From an uncultured Acidobacteriota bacterium (GTDB taxonomy: Bacteria > Acidobacteriota > Terriglobia > Bryobacterales > Bryobacteraceae): a stretch of DNA of 64,000 bases. Below the pieces are notes generated by a model. That model searched no databases, was not told the origin of the DNA, and was given only the letters and a program-made list of their open reading frames with translations. The translations under genes were made by a program, and so were the position numbers. Within the stretch, counting starts at the first letter, position 1; each line of letters begins with the position of its first letter. Shown here piece by piece: positions 39,676 through 50,945 of this stretch. The stretch spans positions 835,179 through 899,178 of the forward strand of contig CAWCYF010000001.1 of assembly GCA_963799805.1 (NCBI GenBank), read 5' to 3'.

Positions 39676-40686
39676 GACGCGTGCTTGCTTCGGCAGGAGT
39701 GGCGCTGCTGCTCGCCGCCGCGCATTGCTTTTTTCCTGAATGAACCCTATCGCGGGTTCTCAAGGTGATACATTTGTGCGGCTGGAAAAAGGGCACGGGC
39801 ACGATTGCTATGGGACGCGCTCTGGAGCAAGCTCGGGTGATTCGGTACGCATGGACGTTTTGGCTGGAGCGCGCGTTCCGGCCCACAGCGAAGCTACAGG
39901 CAGGGGAATACCGCTTCAACCAGCCTGTTTCTGTCAGCGACGTTTTCGACCGGCTGGCGCGCGGCGATGTTTATTATCTCGAGTTCACAGTACCCGAGGG
40001 AAGCAACATGTTCGATATTGCGCAGGCGCTGGAACGCGTGGGGGCCATGCCCGCCGCGGAATTTCTGCGCGCCGCCGAGGATCCGGCGCCGATCCACGAC
40101 CTGGCGCCGGAAGCCATAACGCTCGAAGGCTATCTCTTCCCGATCAACCTACCGGCTATCCCATTGGATCACCGGACCCGAGTTGTGCCGTCAGATGACC
40201 GATCAATTTCGGCGCGAATGGAAGAAGCTGGCGGCGGGAAGAGATGTGGATGTCCATCGGATCGTGACGTTGGCATCGATGGTCGAAAAAGAAACTGGCG
40301 TAGCCAGCGAGCGTTCCCTGGTAGCGGGCGTTTTCGTGAATCGCCTGAACAAAGGGATGCGTCTCGAGTGCGACCCGACCGTAATTTACGCAGCCCTGCT
40401 TGACGATCGATTCCGCGGTGTCATTCACCGGTCTGATCTCGCGAATCAAAATCCTTACAACACTTACCAGCACATTGGACTGCCGCCGGGCCCCATCACC
40501 AATCCGGGAGCCGACGCCATCGAGGCGGCGCTGAATCCGGCGGAAGAGGATTACCTTTACTTTGTCGCGAAGCCGGGCGGGGCCGGTCACGAGTTTTCCA
40601 CTACCTTGGCCGGGCACCGGAGGGCGACACAAAAATACCGGAAGGACGAGGGAAACACGGCGAGGAAACGGGGGCGTATTGGCTAG
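39672..40686 (+). pseudogene. mltG: endolytic murein transglycosylase MltG (YceG-like), about three frame switches
   Basis: An N-terminal TM segment is followed by EPYRGFQGDTFVRLEKG / TGTIAMGRAL..., TLEGYLFP / ...LASMVEKETGVASERSLVAGVFVNRLNKGMRLECDPTVIY...YNTYQHIGLPPGPITNPG. Switches sit at CTTTTTTCC and AAAAAGGG runs. Confidence 0.8.
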
Positions 40687-40721
40687 AGCGGATCCGCCGG
40701 TTGCGAGCGCGGGACGAATGT

Positions 40722-40752
40722 ATTATTATTCAGTAAGCTGAATAATAATTCA
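40722..40752. promoter_or_regulatory. ARG box (ArgR operator) upstream of argF
   Basis: A perfect 12-bp inverted repeat ATTATTATTCAG-taag-CTGAATAATAAT lies at 40722-40749. It overlaps TGAATAATAATTCA (40739-40752), which fits the TGAAT-N4-ATTCA ARG-box core. It is about 12 nt before the argF ATG, and argR lies at the operon end. Confidence 0.6.
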
Positions 40753-40764
40753 GTGCTTGGAGAA

Positions 40765-41700
40765 ATGCCCGTGGCCACTCCCATCTCCTGCCCTCACCGA
40801 ATCCGGGCGCCAAGCACCTGATCTCGGATCTCGATCTTGCGCCTGACGCGCTCCTCGCCGCGCTAGATCTCGCCGGTCACATGAAGCGCGCGCCTACGCG
40901 TTTCGCGAGGGCGCTCGACGGACGCTATCTGGGGTTGCTCTTTGAAAAGCCATCGCTGCGCACGCGCATGACTTTTGAGCTGGCGATGAAGCAACTCGGC
41001 GGCGACGTGGTCGTCTCGACAGGACCGATCGCGGAGCGCGAGCCGGTGAAGGACGTCGCGCGCAACCTGGATCGCTGGGTGCAGGGGATTGCCGCTCGCG
41101 TATTCTCCCAAACCACGCTGGAGGAGCTGGCTCATTGGTCGAGCGTCCCGGTGATCAATGCTCTGAGCGATCTCTATCATCCCTGTCAGGCCCTCGCCGA
41201 CGTGCTCACGTTGAAGGAACGCTTCGGCCGCCTCGACCGGCTGAAACTGGCTTTTGTGGGGGACGGGAACAACGTGGCGCACTCGCTCATGCTCACCGCC
41301 GGACGAATGGGCGTGCAGGTTTCGGTCGCGACGCCGCCGGGATATGCGCCGCGTCCGGAAATCGTCAGAACGCAGCCGCAAAACTCGGCAGGATCACGAT
41401 CACCAACGATCCGGCCTGGAGGCGGTCGAACAGGCCCATGCCGTTTACACGGACGTGTGGGCCAGCATGGGTCATGAATCGGAAGCCGCCGAGCGTGCGC
41501 GGATTTTCGCGCCGTATCAGGTGAACGAGAAATTATTCGCTCAAGCGCGGCCTGATGCCGTCTTCATGCACTGCCTGCCGGCCAAGCGCGGGCAGGAAGC
41601 TACGGACGCAGTGATGGAATCGCCGCGCTCAGTGGTCTTCGATCAGGCCGAAAATCGGCTGCATATCCAGAAAGCGCTGCTGGTGACGCTGCTGGGCTGA
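40765..41700 (+). pseudogene. argF: ornithine carbamoyltransferase, about two frame switches
   Basis: KHLISDLDL..., LFEKPSLRTRMTFE, HPCQALAD and [10 protein letters not shown] are followed, after a switch, by [11 protein letters not shown]...[15 protein letters not shown]. Confidence 0.85.
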
Positions 41701-41724
41701 GGCGCCGCGCTACAATTCGAGCTT

Positions 41725-42951
41725 ATGGCAAAACCCAAGAAGGTGGCCCTCGCCTATTCAGGCGGTCTGGACACCTCCATCATCATTCCGTGGCTCAAAG
41801 AAAATTATGGCTGTGAAGTCGTCGCGGTGTGCGGCGATATAGGGCAGGGCGGGGAAGAGCTCACCGGCCTCGAAGCGAAAGCCCGCAAGACCGGCGCGTC
41901 GGAAGTCCACATCGCCGATCTGCGTGAGGAGTTCGTCGGCGATTATCTGTGGCGTCTGGTGCGCGCCGGCGGCGAATACGAGCACAAATATCTTTTGGGC
42001 ACTTCCATCGCGCGTCCGCTGCTGGCGCAGAAGCAAGTCGAGGTGGCGCTCGCGACCGGCTGCGATGCCCTCGCCCACGGCTGCACCGGGAAAGGTAACG
42101 ATCAAGTCCGTTTCGAGCTGACCTACAAGGCGCTGGCGCCGCATCTCGACGGTGATCGCTCCGTGGCGCGAATGGGATATCGTCTCCCGCGAGGACGCCA
42201 TTGCAATATGCGGCAAGCCACAACGTGCCGATTTCGCAAACGACGACGAAAATCTATAGCCGCGATCGCAACATCTGGCATATCTCGCACGAAGGCGGCG
42301 CGCTCGAAGATCCGGCCAACGCCGCGCCCGACGATGTCTGGATGCTGACGCGAAGCCCTCAGGACGCGCCCAACAAATCCGCCGACGTGACCATCGGATT
42401 CGAGGAAGGCCGCCCCGTTTCGGTGAACGGAAAATTCCATCTCTCGGCCGTCTCGCTGCTTGAAGAGTTGAACCAGATCGGCGCAGAACACGGCGTCGGC
42501 CGCATCGATCTGGTGGAGAATCGCTTCGTGGGCATGAAATCGCGCGGGTGCTACGAGACTCCCGGCGGGACGCTCATTATGGCTGCGCATCGCGAACTGG
42601 AAGCGCTGACGCTCGATCGGAACATGGCTCACTACAAGGAGAAGCTCGCGCTCGATTATGCCGAGATGGTTTACAACGGCCTGTGGTTCACTCCCTTGCG
42701 GGAGGCGCTGGATGCGTTCTTTGCGGAAGCGAGCCGCAGCACTACGGGCGAGGTCACGCTGCGCCTGTATAAAGGCAGCTTCCAGCCAGTGAGCCGCAAA
42801 TCGCCGAATTCGCTCTACTCGCTCGACATCGCCAGCTTTCACGATGGGCGCAGAGTATGACCAGCGCGACGCGCGTGGATTCATCAATCTGATCGGCCTG
42901 CCGATTCAGGTTCGGGCTTCTCTGCAGAAATCCGCGAAGAAGACGGTATGA
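41725..42951 (+). pseudogene. argG: argininosuccinate synthase, about three frame switches
   Basis: [24 protein letters not shown] / [18 protein letters not shown] / [31 protein letters not shown]...ENRFVGMKSRGCYETPGG / TMGAEYDQRDARGFINL. The stop overlaps the argH ATG. Confidence 0.9.
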
Positions 42952-44299
42952 AATTGTGGGGCGGCCGGTTCGAGCACGGCGCCTCGGAGGTGTTCGAGCG
43001 CTTCTCCGGCTCGCTGCATTTCGACCGCCGCCTGATTCATGCCGATATCCGCGGCTCGCAGGCGTATGCGCGCGCGCTCGAAAATATCGGCATTCTTTCC
43101 GCTGCTGAATGTGAAGCGCTGACCGCCGCGCTCGACGCGATTCAAGAAGAGGCGCGCTCGCCTGCATTTTTCGACGGCGCCGAGGACGAAGACGTTCATA
43201 CGCTGGTGATCCGCAAGCTGCGCGAGCGGGCCGGCGCGCTAGCGGATAAGATTCATACCGGCCGCAGCCGCAACGATCAGGTGTCGCTCGATATTCGGCT
43301 GTGGCTGCGCGAGGAAATCGACGCGAGTTTCCGCGCTGTTAACGGATCTGATGGCATCGCTGGTGGCGATGGCGCGCCGCGATCCGCATGCTATTGTCCC
43401 GGGTTACACTCACACGCGCCGCGCGCAGCCGGTGCTGTGGCCGCACTATCTGCTCGCCTATTTCGAGATGTTCGCTCGCGATCTCGAGCGTTTCAAAGAG
43501 ACTCGCCGCCGCGTGAACGTGATGCCGCTCGGCAGCGGCGCTCTGGCCGGGTCCGGGTTTCCGCTTCGAGCGCGAGGCGATCGCGCGCGATCTCGGGTTC
43601 GATGCGATCACGCGCAATTCCATGGATGTCGCCGGTGATCGCGATTTTGCGCTCGATTTCCTGCACGCCTCGGCCGTCACGATGCTGCATCTGAGCCGCA
43701 TGGCCGAAGATTGGATTCTCTATTCGGGCGAGGAGTACGGGTGGCTTGAACTTGGCGACGGGGTGACCAGCGGATCGAGCATGATGCCGCAGAAGAAAAA
43801 TCCCGATTCGCTCGAACTTATTCGCGGCAAGTGCGGCGGCGTGTTTGGCGATTACAGCGCGGTGTTTCTCATGATGAAGGGGTTGCCGATGACCTACAAC
43901 CGCGACATGCAGGAGGACAAGCCTCGGATTTTCGATGCCGCGGATCAACTGCGCGGCTCACTCGAAATGGCGAGGGTCGTGGTCGACACTACGCGGCTGA
44001 ATCCCGCGCGTCCCGCTGCCGCAGTGGAAGAAAGCTGGGCCGTGGCCACCGATGTCGCCGACGCGCTGGCTCGCAATGGTCTGCCGTTTCATCAGGCACA
44101 TCAACTGGTCGGACGTTTGGTGCTGGAGAGCGTGCGCGATTCTAAAAAACCATCGGACTGGAGCGCGGAAGCGCTGGTCGCATTCGATCCGGCTTTCACC
44201 CCGGATATGGCGCGCTACCTGGCTGCCGCCGAAGGCATTCGCACACGCGAGCTGCCCGGAGGAACCGGCCCTCGCGCCGTGGCCGCCGCGCTCGGATGA
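42948..44299 (+). pseudogene. argH: argininosuccinate lyase, about three frame switches
   Basis: MKLWGGRFE, HTGRSRNDQV / GYTHTRRAQP...LGSGALAGS / GSSMMPQKKNPDSLELIRGK are spread over three overlapping ORFs. Confidence 0.9.
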
Positions 44300-44329
44300 A
44301 GCGGAAGCGCGCCTCCTCGCATTGCGCCG

Positions 44330-44763
44330 ATGAACAAGAGTTATCGCCAGGGACAGATTCTTAAACTGATCCGGACACGGAAGCTGCACACGCAGGAGGA
44401 TCTCGCGCGCGTTCTGCGCGCCGCCGGTATCCGCGCGACTCAGGTCACGCTTTCCCGGGACATCCGCGAGCTCGGCTTGGTGAAAACTTCCGAAGGATAC
44501 GCGCAAGTCGATTCCGAACCGGCCGCAGAAGCCTGACGTAAGCGCGCTGATGCGCGATTTCATGCTGGACTGTGCGCGTGGCCCAGAATCTGCTGGTACT
44601 GCGGACTCCGGCTGGACACGCCAATTCCGTTGCGGTGGCGCTCGATCAGGCCGAGTGGCCCGAAATCACAGGCACTATCGCCGGCGACGATACGGTGCTG
44701 GTAGTTGCGCCGGACTCGAAAACAGCCGGCAGCTTTGCGCGGTCAGGTTTCTCAGGTTCCTGA
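44330..44763 (+). pseudogene. argR: arginine repressor ArgR, about two frame switches
   Basis: The N-terminal wHTH RQGQILKLIRTRKLHTQEDLARVLRAAGIRATQVTLSRDIRELGLVK (ORF 44330..) is followed by the C-terminal oligomerisation domain NLLVLRTPAGHANSVAVALDQAEWPEITGTIAGDDTVLVV (ORF 44572..). Confidence 0.8.
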
Positions 44764-44796
44764 AGTAGACATCGGTCAGCATTATACAATCGAAGA

Positions 44797-45861
44797 TTGA
44801 CGAAATTTATCGAAGAGGCCGGCGGTTGGTTCCTTCACTCCGGAATTCAGGAGCCAGGCGGCGGAGTCGCGCGATATTACCGTTCCGATGTGGGACAAAA
44901 TGCCCGCGTATCGAATGAAATCACCGGCTATGCAGTCAGCGTGTTCGCTTATTTGCACTCGCTCCTGCCCCGGGCCGGATATGGAGACGCAGCGGTACGC
45001 GCGGCGCGATATCTCATCGATCAGGCTTGGGACGCATCGAGCAACACGTATGCGTTCGAGCCCGGATCTGAGCACGCCTACTTTTTCGATACGGGAATTA
45101 TTGCGCGGGGATTACTGGCGGCTTGGCGCGTCACCGGCGATGATGTGTTTCGCGCACGGGCCCGCGATGCCGCGCTTTCTCTCGCCTTCGATTTTCTGGG
45201 CGAGGGCGTTTTTCATCCCATTCTTTCGCTTCCTGAGAAACAGCCGCTCATTCGTAGCGGCACAGGAAATGACGAGCGCTGGTCCCGCCGCCCCGGCTGC
45301 TATCAATTGAAGCCGGCTCTGGCGTGGCGCGAGGTGGGCGACGAACACGCGTCGCGATTGTTTGAATCGGTGCTCGCGTATTCGCTCGCCACCCACGAAT
45401 CGTTTCTGCCGGGCGACACGGATCGAGAGAAGGTCATGGATCGCCTGCACGCATATGGTTATTTTCTGGAGGGTCTGCTGGCGGTAGCGGATCGGGAGCC
45501 GGTTCGGCTCGCCATCGCTGAGGGTCTTGATCGCGCCGGCGTACTCCTCGGTGAGATCGCGCCAGACTTCGAGCGCTCCGACGTGAGCGCGCAGCTGCTC
45601 CGCGTCCGGTTGATCGCTGATCATCTCGGCGGTCCTTTCTTTAGATGAGCGCGCTGCATGTCAGGAAGCGGATCGAGCGGCATCCTATCAGGTCCGCTCG
45701 CCCGACTCGAAGCTGATGGCGGCTTCTGGTTCGGACAAAAGCGCGGCACGGTGTTGCCCTTCGTGAATCCTGTCTCGACCGCGTTCGGCCTTCAGGCACT
45801 TGCGCTTTGGCATCAACACCGAACCGGTACGTGGCGCTTCCAGCTCCACGAACTCATTTGA
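44797..45861 (+). pseudogene. hypothetical protein, possibly alpha/alpha-toroid (prenyltransferase/glycoside-hydrolase-like) fold; at least one frame switch near 45650
   Basis: ORF 44797..45648 plus ORF 45658..45861 (GGFWFGQKRGTVLPFVNPVSTAFGLQALALW) look like one gene. The fold assignment is a guess from repeated aromatic/Gly patterns. Confidence 0.45.
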
Positions 45862-48474
45862 GCGAGCCCGTCAAGGTCCTGTTCGCCTCCGGCTCGGAGG
45901 CCGTCATGGCGCGCACTATCGAGCGTCTGACGAGCATTTTCTCCGAACTGCCGCTGGTCGTAGTTTCGGAATTTCCGCCTCCAGCGGGCGAGTGGATTCC
46001 CTATCACGTGAAGCGAAGCTGGCGTGAGAATCGAGCGCTGGTGCGCTCTAAACTTCAGGCTCGCAGGATCCGGATCGCGGCCGTGATTCTGGAGCCGCGG
46101 ACGCCTTATTGGAAGTTGCGCCTGCTGGGGTTCAGTCTGGCGCCGCTGTATTTTCTCGCATTCAACGAAAACGGCGGCCATTTTATGCTGCGGCTCCGCA
46201 GCGCTCCCGCCATCCTGCGTCATGTGCTGTGGCGAGCCAGAAATTTTCTGCGATGGCAGCTTAACCCCGGAGGGTGGACCTACACGTTCATCTGGCGCTT
46301 CGGCCATCCAAGGGAGCTCAGGCGGCCCATCCTGTATCGGCTGGCATTGCTCAGGGGGCGGGGATTTCGCCGCACGCTGCGAGATAAAAAATTCCATCCG
46401 ACTCGTAAAACCCTCGGGAATTTCGGTCGTGATTCCCTCGCGAAATGGGCTCCGGTTATTGATGGATTGCCTGCCGCGTATCGCCGATGCGGACGAGATT
46501 ATCGTCGTGGACAACGGCTCGAGCGACGATACGGCCGGCTTTCTTCACGAGAAGTATCCTTCGGTCGTGGTCGAGCATGCTCCGGACGCGTTGTCGTTTG
46601 CGCGAGCCGTCAACCGCGGGATTCGTCGCGCCCGCTACTCGCATGTATGCGTGTTGAACAACGACATGCAGGCGGAGCCGGGTTTTCTGGCAGCTCTGCG
46701 CCGCGCGTTCGACCAGGTTCCGAATTTATTTTCCTCAACTGCCCAAATCTTCTTTCCAGACGGCCAGCGCCGGGAAGAGACCGGCAAGACGGTGATGCCG
46801 CCGGTCCGCGCTCTCACCGATTTTCCGGTGCGCTGCGATGAGCCGCTCGAAGGCGAAGACCTGAGTTACGTCCTCTACGGCAGCGGCGGCTGCACGTTGT
46901 ACGATGCGGCCAAGCTGGCCTCGCTAGGCGGCTTTGATGAGGTCTACGAGCCAGCTTACGTCGAGGATCTGGATCTGGGCGTGCGCGCATGGCAGCGCGG
47001 CTGGCCAAGCGTTTACTGCGCCGGGGCGAAGACGCTGCACCTGCATCGCGCCACTACTTCGCGATACTTCACGCCGGAGCAGCTCGATCGCGCGCTGGAG
47101 CACAACTACATCCGGTTTCTCGCGCGCGCCCTCGGGAATCGCAAACGCTTTAAGCGTATGTGGCGCGAAAACGTGGTGCGCTTGAATCTTAAAAAGAATG
47201 TGGACGCTCTGGCATTCGCGGCGGCTCAGCCGCTCGCGCGCCCGCCCCATGGCGGATTCAGTGGAATTTTTCGATCTGGTCAACGGCGATGTCGCAGTTT
47301 TTCCCGGTAAACCGAAGTCCGGCAAACCAGTCGTGCTGGTGGCGAGTCCCTATCTTCCCTTTCCGCTTTCTCACGGCGGCGCCGTTCGCATCTACAATCT
47401 GATGAGCCGCGCAGCTGCCGATTTCGATCAGGTCCTGGTGGCATTTGTCGAAGATCCGCGCCCCGTTCCGTCGTGAATTGCTGGAGATCTGCACGGAGGT
47501 CGTCACCGTACGCCGCGCCGGGAGCCACGCCTTCGCTTCCACGCCCCGCCCCGACACGGTCGAGGAATTCGACGTCCCATCGTTCCACGCCGCTTTGCGG
47601 CAGACCGTGGCCAAGTGGCGGCCCCGCATCGCGCAACTCGAGTTCACACAGATGGCGCAGTACGCGCCCGAATGCTGCTCCGGCGCGCACGATTCTGGTT
47701 GAACACGACATCACCTACGACCTTTATGCCCAAATGCTCGGCCAGCAGGACGATTGGGAAATCCGCCGCCAGCACCAGCGTTGGGTTGAATTTGAACGGG
47801 AAGCTTGGCGCAGCGTCGATCGCGTCGTGGTCATGTCCGAGAAGGATCACGCGAGGTCATGTCCGAGAAGGACCGCGGCGCGTTCTCTGGCGCCGTCATC
47901 ATTCCCAACGGCGTGGACCTGGAGCGATTTCAGCCCTCGATATCGCAACCCGAGCCGCGCCGTCTCCTTTTCATCGGCTCCTTCGCGCACCGCCCCAACG
48001 TGCTCGCGATTGAATTTTTCCTAAGCGAGGTTTGGCCGCGCCTGTCCGATATCACTCTGCACGTGATCGCGGGCCAGCGTCATGAACGTTTCTGGGATCT
48101 GCGCCATCCCGGCGTGGAGGTCGAGGGCTATGTCGCCGATGTTCGTCCGGCTTACCGGCGCGCCGCTGTGGTGATTGCACCTTTGGTCGCATCGGCCGGC
48201 ACCAATATCAAGATCCTGGAAGCGATGGCGATGGGTAAAGCGATCGTCTCGACCGCTGCCGGCATTCACGGTCTTGATTTCGAGCGCGGCAGGGACCTGA
48301 TGGTAGAGGACTCCGCTCCGGAAATGGCGCGTGCGCTGACCCGGCTGCTCGAGGCTCCAGAGGAGCGGATCGCTCTGGAGCATCGCGCCCGTCTGGCGGT
48401 CGAACGAATCTACGGCTGGGATGTCGATTGCGCGCGAGCAGAAGCGGCTGTACCAAAGTCTTCAGGGTGCTTAA
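45858..48474 (+). pseudogene. large multidomain glycosyltransferase: unknown N-terminal domain plus GT2 plus GT4 (group 1), at least six frame disruptions
   Basis: GT2 signature: ISVVIPSRNG...VVDNGSSDDT...VLNNDM...EDLDLGVRAW. GT4 signature: VVLVASPYLPFPLSHGGAVRIYNL...IIPNGVD...FIGSFAHRPN...AGTNIKILEAMAMGKAIVST. The pieces lie in ORFs 45807.., 46222.., 47198.., 47445.., 47473.. and 47805... The proposed end is TAA near 48472-48474. Confidence 0.75.
47829..47880. repeat. 26-bp tandem duplication inside the GT4 domain (ggtcatgtccgagaaggatcacgcga / ggtcatgtccgagaaggaccgcggcg)
   Basis: Read directly from the sequence. The first 18 nt are identical. The unit length is not a multiple of 3, so the duplication breaks the frame (VVVMSEKDHARS / VMSEKDRGAFSG). 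Confidence 0.85.
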
Positions 48475-48547
48475 GTCGAAATGCGGCCCGGCTTCTAAGG
48501 CTTTCGCCCCGTAGTATTTTGGTCCCGCTACCCGTACGTATTGGACC

Positions 48548-50945
48548 ATGTCATGGACCAATGACATTCGCTGCCTGTATTGCGAGGGAAACTCCCCTTA
48601 TATCGAAAGATCACAAGCGGGCAGTTTTGCTCGACTGCTCACTGCCAGCGTATTGGCAGGAACAGGATCGCATGGCCGTGGAGCGCTTGCAGCAAACTCA
48701 TGACTTGCTACATGCGCATCGCCCGCTCGGAAGTAATATCGGAGAGCAATAGAGGATAAACCGACACCGGAGTTCGGCGGCTTGATTCCGCTCGATCTGA
48801 ATTTCAACCTCTATACCTGGATTGGCACTTCGGCGTGCGATCCTCTCGCAATCGAAATCAGTTTCGTCGTTCGCTGGCCCTCGTGGATCGATTCGAAAGG
48901 CGCGCGGCACGCGGGCTCTCCATGGCGATTCTTATGCCCTTGGATATTTCCATAGGGGCGACCTACCTCGGGAGGATTCGATCGGAGCCGCGCCCCCTCG
49001 AATGCATGGGAGGCTTATCTGGTCCTGCAAGGTCGGCGCTAAGACTCGAGCGCGAACTGACGTTTGCCGGCGCGATGGCGTTGCCGCTCGCCGGAAGAAT
49101 TTTAGCCGCTGCGCCGGATCTTTCGTGGATTGGCGAGGCCACGCCGCTGGCTGCGAATATGCAACCGCTGTACCCGGCGTATGTCGCGGCCCCACCTAGA
49201 AGCGAAGACCTTACGCAATTGCGCGATGAGCAAGTTCCGCACGCGCGATAAATTACTGTCGCTTCCTCATCCGGTTGCCTGCGAAGGAATCAATCGAATT
49301 GTCGAGGATGCCGGGCAGAAAACGCCAATCGTCAGCAGTCTAGCGCCAAAATTTCCATCGTACCTACGGAATGAGCCAGTTCCACACGTTGATAAGTTAC
49401 TGTTGCTCTCGCTGCCGGCCGCCTGCGTGGGAATGAATCGGATCGCCGAGAACTCCGGGCAGAAAACGCCAATTTTCACCAGTCTGGCGCCACAATTCCC
49501 ATCGTATCGGCGGAATGAGCCAGTTCCGCACGCGGATAAATTACTGTCGCTTCCTCATCCGGTTGCCTGCGAAGGAATCAATCGGATCGCCGAAGATGCC
49601 GGGCAGGCAACACCTATCTTCACCAACTTGCCTCCGCAATTTCCCGCGGTTCACGTCGATTCCCCCGATCTGGCTCCAATCGCACCCATGCAGGCCGGTC
49701 TTAGACGGCTTTTCTTGGATCACATTCCACTGGTACAAGGGACCTGGATCGACAATCTTCGTGCGGTCGAGCCAAGCGGCAGTGCAGAGGCTCCGCCGCT
49801 CATGTTGGGGACCCCGTCGCGTGGCCCGCATCTGCTGTTGGCCGCGAGCAGCCGATGTCTAGTCGAGACTCGGGATCACCAATCAGCGGCTTTGACTGAA
49901 ATTGACCCGGCCGGCTTTTCGACCGCGTCTCTTAGCATTTCACTGTCGCTCACCAACGCTCCACGTCCCCAGACACAGAGTTCAGGTCCCGGCATGGCGG
50001 GCCTACTTCCGTTAAGGCTGGCAGCCGGCGGCGCGAAGCCCGGTCTTCAATCCATTTCGACGCTGCGCCATTTACTACCTGTCCCGCAGCCGCCCAGCCT
50101 AAAACCAATATGTCCCGGGTCAAAACTCGATCCGATCGCGGCCCTTCGTCCCGAAGGCCTACCGGCGGTCCCAGCGGAAGTTGTCCGGCGGTCCTATCAG
50201 TGGGCATATACCGCAGCAGCTGTTCCGGTACTTCTGGGATTGGCGCTGTACTACGGGGTATCGAAAGCCTCCGGCGGCATTCCGCGCGCTTTCGAAAGTG
50301 CAGTGAATACGCAGTTCGCAAACGTTCGGCGGACCGTGCTCGAACGCGCCGCCGTAGCGCTCAACGAAGATTTTCGCGCGGGGCTCGACGAGTGGGCCAG
50401 CCGCGACGGAGCTACCGATTGGTCTTTCGACGCTACCGGGTTCGTGCGTCCAGGACCGTTGGCGCTGTACCGGCCTTCTCTCGGTCTGCGAGATTACCAG
50501 ATGCAATTTCTGGGTCTGATCGACAAGAAAGCTGTAAGCTGGGTGGTCCGCGCCGCGGACTTCCGGAACTATTACGTGGTGAAGCTGGTCGTGCTGAGGG
50601 CGGGACCGCTGCCGAGGCGTCGGGGTGATTCGTTACGCGGTTGTGAACGGCCGCGCGGATTCGCGTGTCGAGAAGGTTGCGGCCATTGACGCCCGTCCGG
50701 ACACGCTCTATCGCGTGCGCATGGACGTACGCGGCGACACCTTCCTCCTGACGGTTCAGGGGCAGATCGTCGACAACTGGTCCGAGCCGCGGTTGAAACA
50801 CGGCGGCGTGGGTTTATTCTCTGGGGCAGGCGAAGCCAGCCGTGTGCGATGGGTGCAGGTGACCCATCAGTATGATGTGCTCGGGAGACTGTGCGCGTAT
50901 CTTGCGCCCTACGATTTCCAAATGACGAACGGGAGCTCGAAATAA
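48548..50945 (+). pseudogene. zinc-ribbon / tandem-repeat / TM / LamG-like (DUF1080-like) C-terminal-domain protein, at least four frame switches
   Basis: The N-terminus is MSWTNDIRCLYCEG / LPLYRKITSGQFCSTAHCQR / WQEQDRMAVERLQQTH. It is followed by 3 x 48-aa repeats and a TM segment (AYTAAAVPVLLGLALYYGV). The C-terminus is DFRNYYVVKLVV / IRYAVVNGRADSRVEKV...HGGVGLFSGAGEASRVRWVQVTHQ. Confidence 0.6.
49247..49650 (+). repeat. in-frame 144-bp (48-aa) tandem repeat, 2 full units plus a partial third
   Basis: Units start at 49247, 49391 and 49535 (DKLLSLPHPVACEGINRI.EDAGQ.TPI..SLAP.FPSY.RNEPVPH.). Units 1 and 3 are nearly identical over their first ~60 nt. Confidence 0.85.

Noticed and set aside
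49247-49650. Possible CRISPR-like or non-coding repeat array
   Set aside because: The 144-bp units are contiguous with no spacers. They are a multiple of 3 in length and translate in frame into a coherent 48-aa protein repeat. No cas genes are present in the window.
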